64,000 nucleotides of DNA, from assembly GCF_009914755.1 (NCBI RefSeq), contig NC_060927.1, one strand, 5' to 3'. The position numbers were made by a program, and so were the translations under genes. Source of the stretch: the human T2T-CHM13v2.0 reference genome, Homo sapiens. This document shows, in pieces, positions 60,955-64,000 of this stretch; positions within the stretch are counted from its first letter, which is position 1, and each line of letters opens with the position of its first letter. The notes beneath the pieces are model-generated. The model was given only the letters and a program-made list of their open reading frames with translations. It searched no databases and was not told where the DNA came from.

Positions 60955-61776
60955 CTAGAAGGTAGAGATAAACTAGAGAAGTTGACTCAAGTTTCTACAA
61001 CTATAAAAGTAAAATATTATAGAAAAATAAAAAGTTATGGGAGTTTAAAAAAATCCTGCTGCAGCTTTCCATAGCTAGGCACTGTTCAAGTAGGTATATT
61101 TATTTATTTATTCTATTATTTATTCTAATATTCTAATGTTTATTTATTTTTTCTTATAAAAATATTATAAGTAGGTACATATTTATTTTATTTTTTCTTA
61201 TCCTTCATTGTCACTGAGAAGCCACTCACAGACCTCAACCCCCACCAAGGTTTTGACCTTGCCAGATCAAGGTTTTGACCTTTTGCTTTGCAAAGACTTT
61301 AGGTCTCTTTGCACCAGGCCACGTAGCATGTAATCTCAGTCTCTCCTTCCACGGCAGGAAGCCCACCAGCCATCACATTTTTCTTCAAGAAAAATAAATG
61401 AATAAAAATTCATTAAATTCATTAAACACAGTTTCAGGAAGCTCCCATTCTGGTCACTAACCTTAGAAGTCGATATTTTTTCTCCTGAGCGCATGTCATG
61501 CCCTGCTCTGCTGTGAGGGGGCCCCTTACCCTGCGTTGCTGATATCTTTCATTTCGCCTCTACCCAGAGGAGCATCCTTGTCCTAGATCTGATGCGGGAT
61601 CTTAACCCAGTCTCTTCTCCCTGTCTTTCCTTCTTCCGGTTCCCTCCTGGATCTGACTTCTCTTTTCCCCAGTGGGCCTCTTCTCTTCCAGAGAGTAAAT
61701 TCAGGAAGTAAGTGGCCAAAGATAGATGGTAAAATGTTTAGGAGCCTCATAGGTCTTCCGTGGAGGGATCCTAGCA

Positions 61777-61803
61777 CAGCAGCAGCAGCAGCAGCAGCAG
61801 CAG
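61777..61803. repeat. (CAG)9 trinucleotide repeat
   Basis: Seen directly. Confidence 0.97.
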
Positions 61804-62589
61804 GAGGAAGCTGCAGTGTGAGGGTTGAGGGTCAGGTCCCTCAACCCCCTCTAAAGACCCTGTACATGCTCCCAGCAACACTGTGTATGTTTGGATGTCT
61901 GTGATCCTGAGGGATTTGCATAGTTTCCGGGTTTGTGAATAGTCTTCGGCAAGTGCTCAATTCCAGTCTAAAAAGACATGTGAGCCCTGTCTTTCCCATA
62001 CCTCCCCCCCATACCCCTCAGCCCCCGCTTTGGTATAAAGGCCATTTTAATATTCATCTAAGCCAGCATTTCTCCCATGTTTGTTCCGTTGAACAGTAGT
62101 TCCCCGGAATGTTAATACACAGTATATGAAAAAAGGGCTCTATTATTAAGTCAATTCAAGAAATGCTGGATTAAACTAAATGAAACAATTTTTCAGGACA
62201 TATTAAACCTTAGAGTGTTAATGTACATTTGAATATAGAAAGAAATATGGCACTCAGCATTCCCCCAAAGTCATTCAGCCACAAAACCCTTTTTTCTCAC
62301 ATATGGTTTAGGGCAGATGCTCCACAGAACTTATTTTGGGAAATACTGGTGCTGTAAACCAAACATAATAGGGAAGATAAGTTGGAGACTTCTATGTAAA
62401 CAAATGAAAAATAGCTTTAATAAAGTTTATCTCAAGTGCATTAGAATTAGAATTTCCTTATTTTTCCCTTGGGAATTACTTATCCAGTTGAACATCTACC
62501 TTCATGGCTTCTCTTGAAGTGAACACTTAGATGACTTATTTTCACCTGCTTCTCTGTCTACTGTGTGCATCTTTTTTCTTCATGATTTA

Positions 62590-62820
62590 TTATGTACTAT
62601 GTACCAAGCAATGTTCTTAGTGCTTCACATGCTTTATTTAATTAAAGTCTTACAATAACTGCATGAAATAAGGGCTATTATTATCAATCCCATTTTATAG
62701 ATGTGGAAACCGAGGTACAAAGAGATAACTTGCTCAATGTTACGATGCTGGTAAATGGCAGAATAATGAGCCTAGGTGAGGTGATCTGACTCCAGAGTTT
62801 GTGCTCTTAGCTGAAACACT
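62590..62820 (-). mobile_element. MIR (one of many MIR/L2 remnants not listed individually)
   Basis: CCCATTTTATAGATGTGGAAACCGAGG core. Confidence 0.75.
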
Positions 62821-63179
62821 ATAGACCCTCACATAGCTATTAATATATTTCCATCTGTCTGTGTTTACAGCTAGCTGGCTCTGTCAATGTGTGCTAATAC
62901 AATTTCTTTCCACATATGTTATTCAGCTCTACATAAGGGAAAACTGAATCCCACAGCTCTGGGCTCTCTTGGGCCAGTCATTCTTCCCACATGTGCCATT
63001 CGTCCAATAAAGATTAGATAAGAGCATGTACGTGGCTCAGAACAACAGCAGTTCTTTCATTGCTAGATATAAAGTAAAAATCACTTGACCTGCTGATAGT
63101 GACTTCCTCCTATACAAAGTTATGATAATAGCTACCATGTATTAAACACATTGTCTTAGGCACTATTCTAGGCACTTTT

Positions 63180-63292
63180 AAAAAAATGCTAGCTAAATGT
63201 GCTAGTGAGAATGGGGGAAAGACAACAAGGAGTTCCATCTGTAGCTGACTGGGAATAACCAATTGAGATAACTCACTACGCTCAAACTAGCT
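63180..63292 (-). pseudogene. Y RNA (Y1/RNY1-like) processed pseudogene inserted in a MIR
   Basis: Reverse complement reads ..GTAGTGAGTTATCTCAATTGGTTATTCCCAGTCAGCTACAGATGGAACTCCTTGTT..TCTTTCCCCCATTCTCACTA..TTTTTTT, matching recalled hY1; degenerate TSD TTCTAGGCACT / TTCCAAGCACT. Confidence 0.88.
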
Positions 63293-64000
63293 TCCAAGCA
63301 CTTTCATTATTGAAGTAAATACAAATTCAATAATTTGTACTGAACAGCACTATGACTCAGGGATCATCATTGTCCCCATTTTACAGATGAGGTGCAAAGG
63401 TTCATTAACTTACCCAAGCCTACCCAGCTTGTAAGTAGCAGAGCTGAGATGCAAATTTAGGCAATCTATTTTCAGAACACAATACCCTTCACCACCCTAG
63501 CTGTACAATGCTTCTGTGTGTTGACTGAGCTAGGATCTGACCACAAAGTACTAAGCTGTTATCTCATCATTTATAATCATACTTCCTAGTTGAAACTGTG
63601 TCTATGAATGTTTCTGAACACTGTGTGTTTTCTGAATACTATATATGTGCATCTGTGTTAGAATAATGTAATATTTGTACATTTATATGTGTACAGTATT
63701 TATCAAGAATGGAGAAGATTTTGTAGACATACAGGGAAAAGAATGAAGAATCAGGTAAGTAAAAATCATGCACCAGCTACTTAAAGCTAAAGGGAGGTAA
63801 GAAGTGTAAGTAGCTGATTGACACTAGAAGATTCAGACTATGTCTTATGCATTTTGTATTCCCAGCATCTAGCATAGTATCTGAAATATAGATATACTCA
63901 ATAAATATTTGTTGCACTCTTTATCAATAATTCCTGGAGGAAGGGACATCTGCTCTAGGTTTGAAAATGAATATGACTTTGCCAGAGCAATCCAAGCAGA

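Noticed and set aside
61777-61870. (CTG)9 as a poly-Leu signal peptide of an upstream ILDR1 exon
   Set aside because: The nearest upstream ATG on the minus strand meets TGA after 8 codons, and I saw no convincing frame or donor.

Overview
Primate (very likely human) genomic DNA containing the complete ILDR1 gene (angulin-2, a tricellular tight-junction protein; the DFNB42 deafness gene) on the minus strand. I reconstructed 8 coding exons by hand (60069->26328). All have GT-AG boundaries, and they total 1641 nt (546 aa + stop). A CpG-island promoter lies at about 59.85-60.4 kb and a ~1 kb Alu-containing 3' UTR follows the stop. The first ~25 kb is intergenic and almost all nested repeats: a rearranged old L1, L1M fragments, ERV1 solo LTRs, a MER75 piggyBac element, an ERVL remnant and a full THE1 element. 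A Y1 RNA pseudogene lies at 63.2 kb. I found no convincing new biological system. The best leads are alternative ILDR1 termini and splicing architecture, locally templated insertions, an intact-ended MER75 that keeps a transposase N-terminal mini-ORF, and motif clusters. Repeat subfamily names are recalled from memory and most repeat boundaries are approximate.
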